Assembly (NCBI GenBank): GCA_963735035.1
Contig: CAVTJJ010000005.1
Coordinates: 45,193 to 109,192, forward strand
DNA length: 64,000 nt
Direction: 5' to 3'
Origin: an uncultured candidate division Zixibacteria bacterium
GTDB taxonomy: Bacteria; Zixibacteria; MSB-5A5; GN15; FEB-12
Both the position numbers and the translations under genes were made by a program. Below are positions 30,237-38,953 of this stretch, piece after piece. The notes below the pieces were generated by a model. It ran no database searches. It was given only the letters and a program-made list of their open reading frames with translations, and was not told the DNA's origin. Each line of letters begins with the position of its first letter. Position 1 is the stretch's first letter.

Positions 30237-30728
30237 ATGGGCACTGCAAAGTCACAAAGAGAGAATGGCTTCACACTGATCGAACTGGTTGTGATAATCG
30301 TCGTCCTCGGCATTCTCGCCGCGGTCGCAATTCCGAAGCTGTTCTCAGTGAGCAAAGAGGCTGAGATAGCCTCGGTCAATAACATGGTGTCGAGTCTCGA
30401 AGGGGCAATGTCGGTCTACGTATCAAAGCAGTTCGTCAACGGTCAGCCGATTGTGGTCCACAACCCGTTTGACGATCTCTCCAATGTTCCTTCCAACTAT
30501 GCCGGGACCAACGATCCGGTGGGTCCGACCAACACGCCCAACGGCAAGTGGAGCTATCGCGCAACCGGCAACTGGATCATGTACAACCCGAACTCAGCCG
30601 TTACCGGCGGATGGAGTTCCGGAGGGGAAAACTTCATCATCTACCAGATTCAGGCGGTAGTCGACGGCACCGATACGGTGGGACTTCGTCTGAACACGAC
30701 CCCGGTATATACTTACGTCTGGAACTAG
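30237..30728 (+). CDS. Type IV pilin / pseudopilin-like protein
   Basis: Class III signal 'GFTLIELVVIIVVLGILAAVAIPK', RBS GGAGA before ATG 30237. Confidence 0.93.
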   Translation: MGTAKSQRENGFTLIELVVIIVVLGILAAVAIPKLFSVSKEAEIASVNNMVSSLEGAMSVYVSKQFVNGQPIVVHNPFDDLSNVPSNYAGTNDPVGPTNTPNGKWSYRATGNWIMYNPNSAVTGGWSSGGENFIIYQIQAVVDGTDTVGLRLNTTPVYTYVWN

Positions 30729-30752
30729 CCGTCAAATCCAGCACAAGCTTTG

Positions 30753-30782
30753 AAGCCGGCGCCCAAGTGGCCCGGCTTTTTT
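30753..30782 (+). terminator. Rho-independent terminator after the pilin gene
   Basis: AAGCCGG..CCGGCTT stem followed by a T run. Confidence 0.7.
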
Positions 30783-30805
30783 AATGGGTGGAATCGACGT
30801 CCCGA

Positions 30806-32167
30806 TCAGAGGTCGAAAATCTTCCCCGGATTCAGAAGGCTGTAAGGATCGAACTGCCTTTTGATCCGTCGCATGAGTTCCACTCCGGCTCCATGCTCAG
30901 AGAGGAAGAGGTCTCTGTGGCCGAGACCGATGCCGTGCTCGCCGGAAATCGTCCCCCCAATTTCAATCGTCCGGGTAATTATCTGATTGTTCACATCATG
31001 GGCGAGCGCCCAGCGAACCGGATCGTTCGCGTCGGCCAGCATCAAAGCGTGCAAGAGGCCCATTCCGACATGACCAAACGTGAACATCGGTAGTCCGTGT
31101 TTGTCCCCCAGGGTATGGCAGTACTCAACCATCTCGGGTAGCTTCGAAATCGGAAACGCGACATCGTTGCGGATGATGCTCAACCCGGGCTGGAAGTGCT
31201 TAACGGCATCGGTGGCCCAATGGCGAATCTCCCACGGGCGCTGGCCTTCGCTCAACGTTATCGGTTCGGCGCCGAGCTCGGAGCAAATCAGGTCGGCTTG
31301 TTCTTCGTTTGAATCGAGCACGGCCAACGGACCGTGGAATTCAAGAAAGAGCAACGGCGCTTCCTGGAGTCCATAACCTTTGAGTTTATTGAGCGCCATC
31401 GTAACGTGCCGGTCGAGAAATTCGATCGCAGCGATATCAAGACCATAGCGCCGCATCTCGGACACGGCACGGGCGGCATCTTGATCGGATTTGAATACAT
31501 ACGCCGATTGTTTGCGTCCCTCTGGGAGACCGGCGAGGCGAAGTGTTATCTTCGAAATAATCCCGAGTGTGCCTTCGGAGCCCGCTACCAGATCGACCAG
31601 GTTGTAACCACTGGAACGTTTGATGGCGCGATTGCCGAGGCGGACGATTTCGCCCTCGCCGGTGACTATCTCCAGCGCCAGGACGTATTCGCGCGTGCCG
31701 CCATACTTGACCGAGTAGATGCCCGAAGCATTGGTAGAAACCATGCCGCCAATAGTGGCAACATCGCCCGATCCGCCCGGCGACGGAGGGAAGAAGAGGC
31801 CGTCCCTCTTCAAGCGGTCGTTCAGATGATCGTAAATGATGCCCGGCTCGACTTCGATCTGAAGGTCCTCAGGCCAATAATTGACTTCGGCGGTCATTCG
31901 AGTCAGATCGAGTACGATTCCGTTAGCGAGTGGCACGGCGGAACCCTCAAGAGCCGATCCGGCGCCACGCGTAGTGATGGGGGTTTTGTACTCGATGCAG
32001 CACCGAACGATGTCACGAATTTGGGACGTGGTCAATGCCCATACCACCGCGAGTGGCGTAACGGGAGGTAGAGTGGATTCATCGTGTGATGCCACCTGAA
32101 GTTGGTCGGCCTGAATTGAAACCTGGTCGGCCGGTAACAGCTCTTGAAGTCTTGAGACAATTCCCAT
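30806..32167 (-). CDS. FAD-linked oxidase, GlcD/D-lactate dehydrogenase family
   Basis: 'TRGAGSALEG', 'ATIGGMVSTNASG..KYG', 'GSEGTLG', 'GTISGEHGIG', 'LNPGKIF'. Confidence 0.93.
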   Translation of the reverse strand: MGIVSRLQELLPADQVSIQADQLQVASHDESTLPPVTPLAVVWALTTSQIRDIVRCCIEYKTPITTRGAGSALEGSAVPLANGIVLDLTRMTAEVNYWPEDLQIEVEPGIIYDHLNDRLKRDGLFFPPSPGGSGDVATIGGMVSTNASGIYSVKYGGTREYVLALEIVTGEGEIVRLGNRAIKRSSGYNLVDLVAGSEGTLGIISKITLRLAGLPEGRKQSAYVFKSDQDAARAVSEMRRYGLDIAAIEFLDRHVTMALNKLKGYGLQEAPLLFLEFHGPLAVLDSNEEQADLICSELGAEPITLSEGQRPWEIRHWATDAVKHFQPGLSIIRNDVAFPISKLPEMVEYCHTLGDKHGLPMFTFGHVGMGLLHALMLADANDPVRWALAHDVNNQIITRTIEIGGTISGEHGIGLGHRDLFLSEHGAGVELMRRIKRQFDPYSLLNPGKIFDL

Positions 32168-32189
32168 GAAGATCTTGATGCCGTATCGG

Positions 32190-33896
32190 CTATTTGAAGT
32201 TAACAATCACGGAGAGTGTGTCCGCACCGCGCACTACTTCAACTCTGCAACTATCGCCCTTGCGATATCGCTGAAGGACGTTCATATAATCCTGGATATC
32301 ACCTACCGTTCGATCACCGATCTTGATGATGACATCCCCTTTAAGAATACCCGCCCGCTCTGCAGGCCGATCGGGTGAGACGCCATCGACGCCCAACCCT
32401 TTCACCTGCGACACAAAATCGGGAGTGATGCCCAGGCTGACTGAGAGTTGCGGGGGGCGTCCGGTGCCATCGCTCCTGGTGCGGTGAAAAGTCAGCGGAC
32501 CCTGGTAGGTGTCGAAATAGGTCAATACGCTGGCCACCAGATTGGCAACGGTGGCGATCCCCGGCGCGTCGATCTTGGAAACGACATCATCTGGTGTGTG
32601 ATAATCCTGATGGGCACCCGTGAAAAAGAAAAGACTTGGAATAGAATCATTGCAGAAGGCTGCCTGGTCGGACGGACCTGAGCCAGATTCATTGAAGGTT
32701 ACTTTGAGAGAACCAAGGTCGGTCTTGTCAAAATATTCCTTGAACTGTGGGCAGGTGCCCGTTCCCATAATCGCCAGTCCTTTTTCCTGCTGCGACAAAC
32801 GCCCGATCATGTCCAAGTTGATCATCAGTCGGGCTTTTGTGCGATCGACTGTCCAATGGCGGACATAATGCCCCGATCCGAGCGTGCCGGCTTCTTCGCC
32901 GGAGAACGCGATGAACAAGATCGAATTGTGAAGGGAGTCGCGTCGTGAAGAAAAATAGCGCGCCAATTCGAGCAGAGCCGCGACACCCGAGGCGTTGTCG
33001 TCAGCGCCGGGATGGATGCGACGCTCGGGACCACGATACCTCGAAGTCGCGCCGCCATAGCCTATATGATCATAGTGCGCCCCGACAATCTCCACCGTAT
33101 CGGTGCGACCCGGCAAATACCCGACGATATTGTAGCCGGTACCGGGGACTCTGACCAGATCAGTCGTACCAACGACGTTGGCAAAACGAGGGGATACCAA
33201 ATCAAGACCGAGTCGCTCCAACGCTGCCCGTCGGATCAGAACGACCGGAATGTCTTTGGGATTAACGTGGGTTCCAGATGATCCTACCAGGGTATCGTCA
33301 TATGTCGTCGGCGTGACAAAGATTATCCCCGTCGCACCACGAGACAGCGCCGTCATAATCTTGGCGTTGAAGCTGCTGAAACGGTCATAGATGCTGTCAG
33401 CGCCCGTGGTATCGCCCTCGATCCTCGGTGCGTAACGGCGCACCAGAACGGCTTTGCCTCGGACGTCTTTGCTGCGATAATCGTTGTAGCTGGAATCGTC
33501 GGTGATGATGCCATAGCCGACATCGATTATGCTGTCAAAATTGAAAGTGACATTCCCCGACTGCTCAAGTGGTTGAAAGTCCGCCCCAATTTGTAGCGAC
33601 TTGCCATTTACAGTCAGCTTATTGCCGGGCCCAAAGTCGACTCTCTTGATAAACGAGAAGGGTTGCAGATACGAGCCGCTGTCACCTTTTGGCTCAAGCC
33701 CGGCAGCCTTGAATTCTGAAATGATGTAAGCCGCAGCTTTCTGTTCGCCGGGTTCGCCGACCTGGCGCCCTTCCATCGAATCCGCAGCCAATACGGCCAC
33801 GTGGCGCAAGGCAGAATCGGCGTTTATGTCATAAGCCGCCGCCGACGCTGAAGCGACCAGGAGGGCGGCCAAGATCGAAGCTGAGAATAGTCTCAT
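32190..33896 (-). CDS. M28 family peptidase with PA and C-terminal PDZ domains
   Basis: 'VGAHYDHIG', 'GADDNASG', 'FSGEEAG', 'NLDMIGR', 'SDQ', 'DYHTPDD', PDZ 'PAERAGILKGDVI'. Confidence 0.93.
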   Translation of the reverse strand: MRLFSASILAALLVASASAAAYDINADSALRHVAVLAADSMEGRQVGEPGEQKAAAYIISEFKAAGLEPKGDSGSYLQPFSFIKRVDFGPGNKLTVNGKSLQIGADFQPLEQSGNVTFNFDSIIDVGYGIITDDSSYNDYRSKDVRGKAVLVRRYAPRIEGDTTGADSIYDRFSSFNAKIMTALSRGATGIIFVTPTTYDDTLVGSSGTHVNPKDIPVVLIRRAALERLGLDLVSPRFANVVGTTDLVRVPGTGYNIVGYLPGRTDTVEIVGAHYDHIGYGGATSRYRGPERRIHPGADDNASGVAALLELARYFSSRRDSLHNSILFIAFSGEEAGTLGSGHYVRHWTVDRTKARLMINLDMIGRLSQQEKGLAIMGTGTCPQFKEYFDKTDLGSLKVTFNESGSGPSDQAAFCNDSIPSLFFFTGAHQDYHTPDDVVSKIDAPGIATVANLVASVLTYFDTYQGPLTFHRTRSDGTGRPPQLSVSLGITPDFVSQVKGLGVDGVSPDRPAERAGILKGDVIIKIGDRTVGDIQDYMNVLQRYRKGDSCRVEVVRGADTLSVIVNFK

Positions 33897-34054
33897 CGAA
33901 AATGTCTCCAGCAAGAGTGCAGGTTCAACGGCGGGAAATATATACGCCCGAGAGGGAGACGTCAGGTCTTAAGTTTACGAAGAACCTTGTTGATGCGGAA
34001 CAAATTGAAACTATATTGCCGGGGTCTTTGTAAATGTGATAACACAGGAGCGAT

Positions 34055-34708
34055 ATGGAACGGATAGTTTGTAAGAGTTGCGGTAAAGACCTCGAAGCTG
34101 GGACCCGTTATTGTCCTGACTGCGGTACTCCCACGGCCGGACCGGCCAAGGCAGGCGGTTGGCGGCGTGATGGGATTATTCTGGTGGGTGTGGCGGTTTT
34201 GGTAATAGGTGGGTACTTCATTCTGCGTGAGAAACCGGCGGCCCCTCAGCAACAACCGACCGAGAAAGCCGCCATTCCCGGCCACGAACAGATGACAGGC
34301 GCCGTTATAGATAGTTTCCCAACCGGATACGGTCCCCTGGTCGAGCAAGGCAACGCGTTCATGGATCATCAGAACTACGCCATGGCCGCCGAAGCTTATC
34401 GTCGGGCCCTGGTGATCGATAGTTCTTCGGTTGATGTGCGAAGCGACTTCGCGTCCTGTCTCCACGCCATGGGATTGCCGAAACGGGCCTTGGAAGAATT
34501 CCGTAAAGTGCTGGCCCGTGATCCCAGGCATGTGGTGGCCTATTTCAATCTGGGCGTTGTTTTCCACGGTGAAGGTGTGGTTGATTCGGCGCGCTACTAT
34601 TGGAAAAAGTACCTGGAGATTGATCCGAATGGCGAACCGGCCGAGGCGGCTCGGGAATTTCTCAAGGAGTTGGACTCGGTAGCCGCTGCAGGCGGAGCCG
34701 GAAAGTAG
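34055..34708 (+). CDS. Zinc-ribbon + TM + TPR protein
   Basis: CxxC..CPxCG, a TM helix, three to four TPR motifs, RBS AGGAG. Confidence 0.85.
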   Translation: MERIVCKSCGKDLEAGTRYCPDCGTPTAGPAKAGGWRRDGIILVGVAVLVIGGYFILREKPAAPQQQPTEKAAIPGHEQMTGAVIDSFPTGYGPLVEQGNAFMDHQNYAMAAEAYRRALVIDSSSVDVRSDFASCLHAMGLPKRALEEFRKVLARDPRHVVAYFNLGVVFHGEGVVDSARYYWKKYLEIDPNGEPAEAAREFLKELDSVAAAGGAGK

Positions 34709-34761
34709 CGGTCGGCCTTTTTTAGTCTTGCCGGGGGATATGGCGGAATCCATCTTGGATT

Positions 34762-35481
34762 ATGTTAACCGGGCTAACAGAGCGGTTTCCACTCCTCAAG
34801 GGGCTGGTCGATTTTGTCTATCCTCCTCTATGTGCCGGGTGCGGCCGTTATGCCGAAAGTCCGCACTGTGTCTGTGATCGGTGCCTGGAACGGATCGATT
34901 GGTGGGACCAGCCAATTCCCCTTACGGATATCGATTTCGCCCCCGAAGGTCGGTTTGACGACAGCAAGCCTCGTTCGTTTACCGCCTATATTGCAGCATC
35001 CTACGTCGACCCGCTTCGACAGATAATTATCCAGTACAAATTCCGTGGCGCGGTTGCTATTGCTCCGGTGATTGCGGAAAGGTTGTGTGGCCAGTTCGGC
35101 GCCAAGATCAAGAAACTTGAGCCGGCCGTGCTAGTACCGATTCCCCTTCATCCGAGCCGCGAGTACGAACGGGGATACAATCAAGCCAGGATTTTCGCCG
35201 ACGAGTTATCGAGCCGGCTGGAAATTCCGGTCGACGATAACCTGATAGTTCGAGTTAGAAAACGTCGCCCGCAGTCTCGTCTAGGAAAGTCCAAACGGGT
35301 AGCCAATATCAAGTCGGTATTTGCTCTATCGCCGGGTGTCAACTTAGCGGAGCGGTGTAACCGAGTTATCCTGGTGGACGATGTTATCACGTCGGGGCAG
35401 ACCGTTTTCGAAGCCCGCCGGACCTTGCAGGAAGCCGGGTTCGAGGTAGTCGGGGCTGTGGCCATGGCTCATCGGATGTAG
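34762..35481 (+). CDS. comF: ComF family (amidophosphoribosyltransferase-like) protein
   Basis: N-terminal double CxxC, 'VPIPLH..R..ERGYNQA', PRPP motif 'ILVDDVITSGQT'. Confidence 0.92.
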   Translation: MLTGLTERFPLLKGLVDFVYPPLCAGCGRYAESPHCVCDRCLERIDWWDQPIPLTDIDFAPEGRFDDSKPRSFTAYIAASYVDPLRQIIIQYKFRGAVAIAPVIAERLCGQFGAKIKKLEPAVLVPIPLHPSREYERGYNQARIFADELSSRLEIPVDDNLIVRVRKRRPQSRLGKSKRVANIKSVFALSPGVNLAERCNRVILVDDVITSGQTVFEARRTLQEAGFEVVGAVAMAHRM

Positions 35482-35489
35482 GTGCGACT

Positions 35490-36395
35490 ATGGAACCGAA
35501 GGTAGCTATCGAGGATTTTCTCCAGCACCTGACATTGGAGTTGGGGCTGTCAGCAAACTCCGTGGCGGCCTATCGCACCGATCTCGTCGCTCTATTCAAT
35601 CACACGGCAACGCGCGACGTATCAGCAAGTAAGCCACAAGACATAAACCGCTACTTTAGCGCCCTTTCGACTCAGGGACGTAAGCCAGCGACTCTGGCGC
35701 GCAAGCTCTCGGCGGCCAAACGATTCTACGACTATATGGTCGGGCGGGGGGTCGTGAAGCATAATCCGACCACCGGCTACCGGGCGCCACGAATTGCGCG
35801 GTACCATCCCGATTACCTGTCGGTCGAAGAAATCGAGCGAATTATTGCCGTCTGCAATCTGGACAAGAGTCTCGCTACCCGCGACCGGGCGGTGATCGAA
35901 CTGCTCTACGGTTGCGGTCTGCGAATCTCCGAACTTCTCGACCTGAAGATTGGCAGTCTGGAGACTGAGGCGGGGTTTATCAGAGTCATTGGCAAGGGAA
36001 ACAAGCAACGGCTGGTGCCTATAGGAAAATTCGCTATCGAAGCGGTTCGGAAGTACCTCGACAGCCCGGAGCGGGCGCGAGTGCCGGCGGATAGTTCGCG
36101 TAACTTGCTAGTCAATCGGACCGGTCGGAGGATGTCCCGGGTCGGTTTATGGAAAGCGGTGCGAAAACTGGTAATTCGGGCCGGAATCACCAAAACGGTC
36201 ACGCCGCATACATTTCGCCACTCGTTTGCAACACATATGCTTGCCGGGGGGGCCGATCTTCGGACAGTGCAAGAAATGCTCGGGCATGCCGATATATCCA
36301 CTACTGAGATATACACTCAGATAGACCAGGGATATATCGTTGCCGAACACCGAAGACATCACCCTCGCGAACTGGCCGGTTTTCGCAGCAAGTGA
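35490..36395 (+). CDS. xerD: Site-specific tyrosine recombinase XerD
   Basis: 'LLYGCGLRISEL', 'GKGNKQRLVP', 'TPHTFRHSFATHML.GGADLR.VQEMLGHADISTTEIYT'. Confidence 0.9.
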   Translation: MEPKVAIEDFLQHLTLELGLSANSVAAYRTDLVALFNHTATRDVSASKPQDINRYFSALSTQGRKPATLARKLSAAKRFYDYMVGRGVVKHNPTTGYRAPRIARYHPDYLSVEEIERIIAVCNLDKSLATRDRAVIELLYGCGLRISELLDLKIGSLETEAGFIRVIGKGNKQRLVPIGKFAIEAVRKYLDSPERARVPADSSRNLLVNRTGRRMSRVGLWKAVRKLVIRAGITKTVTPHTFRHSFATHMLAGGADLRTVQEMLGHADISTTEIYTQIDQGYIVAEHRRHHPRELAGFRSK

Positions 36396-37341
36396 CCGTC
36401 CGCAGCCGCAGACGACCACGCACTTTGCTATCCGCCAAACCAGGGTTAACCTGGACTTCTATCTCGAGACATTTTTCCGCGAGCGGCGCCTCAAGTTTCA
36501 TTTCTTCAATACCTTCGAAGAACTCATCGTCATCTGTCATCGGCACAATGTCAGCGCGATACTGATGGCCGGCGACGACAACTTCCTGCACGAACTCGAG
36601 CTGGTCCGGGCGATCAAGCAGAATATCCTGCTGTCGATTGTCCCGGTGATTCTGTACCATCCCGATCCGGACATCAACACGGTCATTGCGGCTTACGAAG
36701 ACGGGGTGGAAGAATTCATCTACGGCGAATGGATCAAGAAGCTGGTGCAGGTGCGTATCCGGCGCGTGATCGACCGGAGTGCGCGCGATGTCTCCGTAAA
36801 CCCGTCGACCCTGCTGCCCGGACCGGCGATGATCGAGGACGAGATCAATCGACAGATGAAGGCGGGGGAGCAGTTCGCCGTATGTTACGCCGATCTCGAC
36901 AATTTCAAAGCCTTCAATGATTACAGTGGCTATGTCTATGGCGACAAGATCATCCGCATGACCGGCTGGATTCTCAAGGATGTGGTGTTCGATCTATGCC
37001 GCGAGGGATTTGTCGGACATATCGCCGGGGATGATTTTATATTCGTGGTGCCGTCGGAGACGGCCGAAGAAGCCTGCCGCTGGGTGATCAAGAGTTTCGA
37101 TGCTTTCATCCCGTTCAGATACTCTGAAGAAGACAGACAGAACGGTTTCTACGAATCCAAGAACCGTCGCGGCGAGGTAGAGCGGTTCCCGCTGTTGTCG
37201 ATCTCGATCGCGGTGGTCATCAACCACAACGGCGAGTTCGCGCACGTAGGTGAGATTTCGAAGATGCTGGCCGATTTGAAACGGGCCTGCAAAGCGCTGG
37301 ACGGTTCCAACTACATGATCGAGCGCCGGAAGAAGTACTAG
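36340..37341 (+). CDS. Degenerate receiver domain + GGDEF-domain protein
   Basis: 'NPSTLLPG', 'YADLDNFKAFND..G...GD', 'GHIAGDDF', 'SISIAVV'. The first in-frame start is TTG 36340, overlapping xerD. Confidence 0.85.
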   Translation: MPNTEDITLANWPVFAASDRPQPQTTTHFAIRQTRVNLDFYLETFFRERRLKFHFFNTFEELIVICHRHNVSAILMAGDDNFLHELELVRAIKQNILLSIVPVILYHPDPDINTVIAAYEDGVEEFIYGEWIKKLVQVRIRRVIDRSARDVSVNPSTLLPGPAMIEDEINRQMKAGEQFAVCYADLDNFKAFNDYSGYVYGDKIIRMTGWILKDVVFDLCREGFVGHIAGDDFIFVVPSETAEEACRWVIKSFDAFIPFRYSEEDRQNGFYESKNRRGEVERFPLLSISIAVVINHNGEFAHVGEISKMLADLKRACKALDGSNYMIERRKKY

Positions 37342-37352
37342 GTCACACAATA

Positions 37353-37555
37353 CCGTGCCCGGCAGATGTCCACATCTGCCGACGAGAACACGATACCCAG
37401 TCCATCATTTCCCGCACCCCTTTCTGTCTTGCCCCGCTTCAGGCGGGGCATTCAAGGAGCCGTGCCCGGCAGATGCCCACATCTGCCGACGAGAAAACGA
37501 CACCCATTCCGTCATTCCCCGCACCCCTTTCTGTCTTGCCCCGCTTCAGGCGGGG
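37353..37555. repeat. Two 107-bp tandem REP composite units, the second interrupted by IS30 (remainder at 38589-38645)
   Basis: CCGTGCCCGGCAGATG(T/C)CCACATCTGCCGACGAG..TCTGTCTTGCCCCGCTTCAGGCGGGG at 37353 and 37460. Confidence 0.9.
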
Positions 37556-38544
37556 CTGGATTCACATTTGAAGTGCAACAGTTCGAGCCAAAAGAACTCT
37601 GCTGGAGTGAGGAAGTCCAGGCATTTTCGAGGCGTGTTATTGTAGATTTGAAAGAAGTCTGCGAACCGTCTCGGCGAGAGTTTGGTCAAGTCGGTTGACC
37701 GAGGGAGTCGGCGTCGGAGGCGACCGATTCCATTTTCGACGCCGCCTTTCTGCCAGGGTGAGTAGGTGTTACAGAAGTAGGTCTCGATGTCGTGGTCATG
37801 GAGTCGGTAGTGCTGGCCGAACTCGGGACCGTTATCGAAGGTGATGGTCTGTCGCCAGGCGGGCGGCAAGGGTGCCAGGAGAGTGCACATGGCCTTAGCA
37901 ACCGAGGCGGCATCTTTGGCGGGTAGCTTAACCCCCATCATCAGGCGTGAGTGTCGCTCATGAAGGACGAGGACGCTCTGATCGGGTTTTCGGAAGTTCA
38001 TGAGATCACCTTCCCAGTGTCCTGGTGTTTTCCGGCTCTTGGCGCTCTTCGGCCGCGCGGAGATAGGGCACCGCAGGGCTATAGACGACGTCGACCGACC
38101 TCTCTTGCACCCTCGCCAGCTACGTCTGGCTCGGCCACGGATCAGTAAGTACCGCCAAGTGTAATCCTTAGTACGGGCGATCTGCGCGTAGATAAACCGG
38201 TAGATCGTTTCGTAGGAAATCACCTTCCGGCCCATCTCCACGGCCAGCCTTCCCGCGACCAACTCCGGAGACAAACCATTAGCTAGTCCCATCACTACCA
38301 TGTCGCGCAGTTCTGGACGGCGATCCAATTTGGAGCCGGTCCAACGCCGGGCACGGCTCTGGTCGTTGGCATAGGCGGGCAGGTAACCGCTTTGTCGGCT
38401 GCGATTTCGCCTTATCTCCCGAGCAATGGTCGATGGCGCGCGATCCAGAGCTGCCGCGATTTGCCGGAGCGACCGCCCGTTGGTGTGTAAGCGGGCAATC
38501 TCACACCGCTCTTCAAGATTGATCTGTGCATATCTTCGTTCCAT
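37546..38544 (-). CDS. IS30-family transposase
   Basis: HTH 'SLRQIAAALDRAPSTIAREIRRN', 'SYETIYRFIY', DDE motifs 'HWEGDL', 'TFDNGPEF', 'QKGGVEN', then 'NNTPRKCLDFLTPAE'. Confidence 0.96.
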   Translation of the reverse strand: MERRYAQINLEERCEIARLHTNGRSLRQIAAALDRAPSTIAREIRRNRSRQSGYLPAYANDQSRARRWTGSKLDRRPELRDMVVMGLANGLSPELVAGRLAVEMGRKVISYETIYRFIYAQIARTKDYTWRYLLIRGRARRSWRGCKRGRSTSSIALRCPISARPKSAKSRKTPGHWEGDLMNFRKPDQSVLVLHERHSRLMMGVKLPAKDAASVAKAMCTLLAPLPPAWRQTITFDNGPEFGQHYRLHDHDIETYFCNTYSPWQKGGVENGIGRLRRRLPRSTDLTKLSPRRFADFFQIYNNTPRKCLDFLTPAEFFWLELLHFKCESSPA

Positions 38545-38588
38545 GACAACACCTTTAACAGGTGTTGCACTTCGTTTGTGAACTTAGG
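37555..38588 (-). mobile_element. IS30-family insertion sequence
   Basis: Imperfect IRs CTGGATTCACATTTGAAGTGCAACA / TGTTGCACTTCGTTTGTGAACTTAG (19 of 25 positions match), ending in the IS30-type GCAACA. It sits in a G run, so the exact ends and target duplication are uncertain by 1-2 bp. Confidence 0.92.
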
Positions 38589-38698
38589 GGGGCATCCAAG
38601 AAGCCGTGCCCGGTCCGCCGCGGCGGACCCACATCTGCCGACGAGTACATGATCCGCAACCAACTTGATCGGCAACTGACTTAAGCGGCAGCTAACTT

Positions 38699-38925
38699 GA
38701 TCGGCAAGGTTCCACCCCTGCCGTTTTATGTTCCGGCAGGCGCGGAGGCCTGCCGATTACGAGGCGTTCTGTTCCAGCAGGCGCGGAGGCCTGCCGATCA
38801 CGAGGGGATCTGTTCCGGCCGGCGCAGAGGCCTGCCGATTAAAGGGGGATTCGTCCCGGCAGGCGCGGAGGCCTGCCGATTAAACGAGGTTTTCTTTTCG
38901 GCAGGCGCAGAGGCCTGCCGATCAC
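38699..38925. repeat. Tandem array of five ~41-bp palindromic units
   Basis: CGGCAGGCGC(G/A)GAGGCCTGCCGAT core in units starting at 38731, 38772, 38813, 38854 and 38896. Confidence 0.92.
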
Positions 38926-38953
38926 TAGCGGCGAGCGCATTCAGAAATCTATC

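Noticed and set aside
35490..36395. Phage or island integrase, or integron integrase
   Set aside because: Length and motifs fit housekeeping XerD in a comF operon. No IntI-specific insertion and no duplicated tRNA 3' ends (att sites) were seen.
38699..38925. CRISPR array
   Set aside because: Linkers are only about 15 nt and related to each other, the repeat core is dispersed through the window as a REP, and no cas genes are present.
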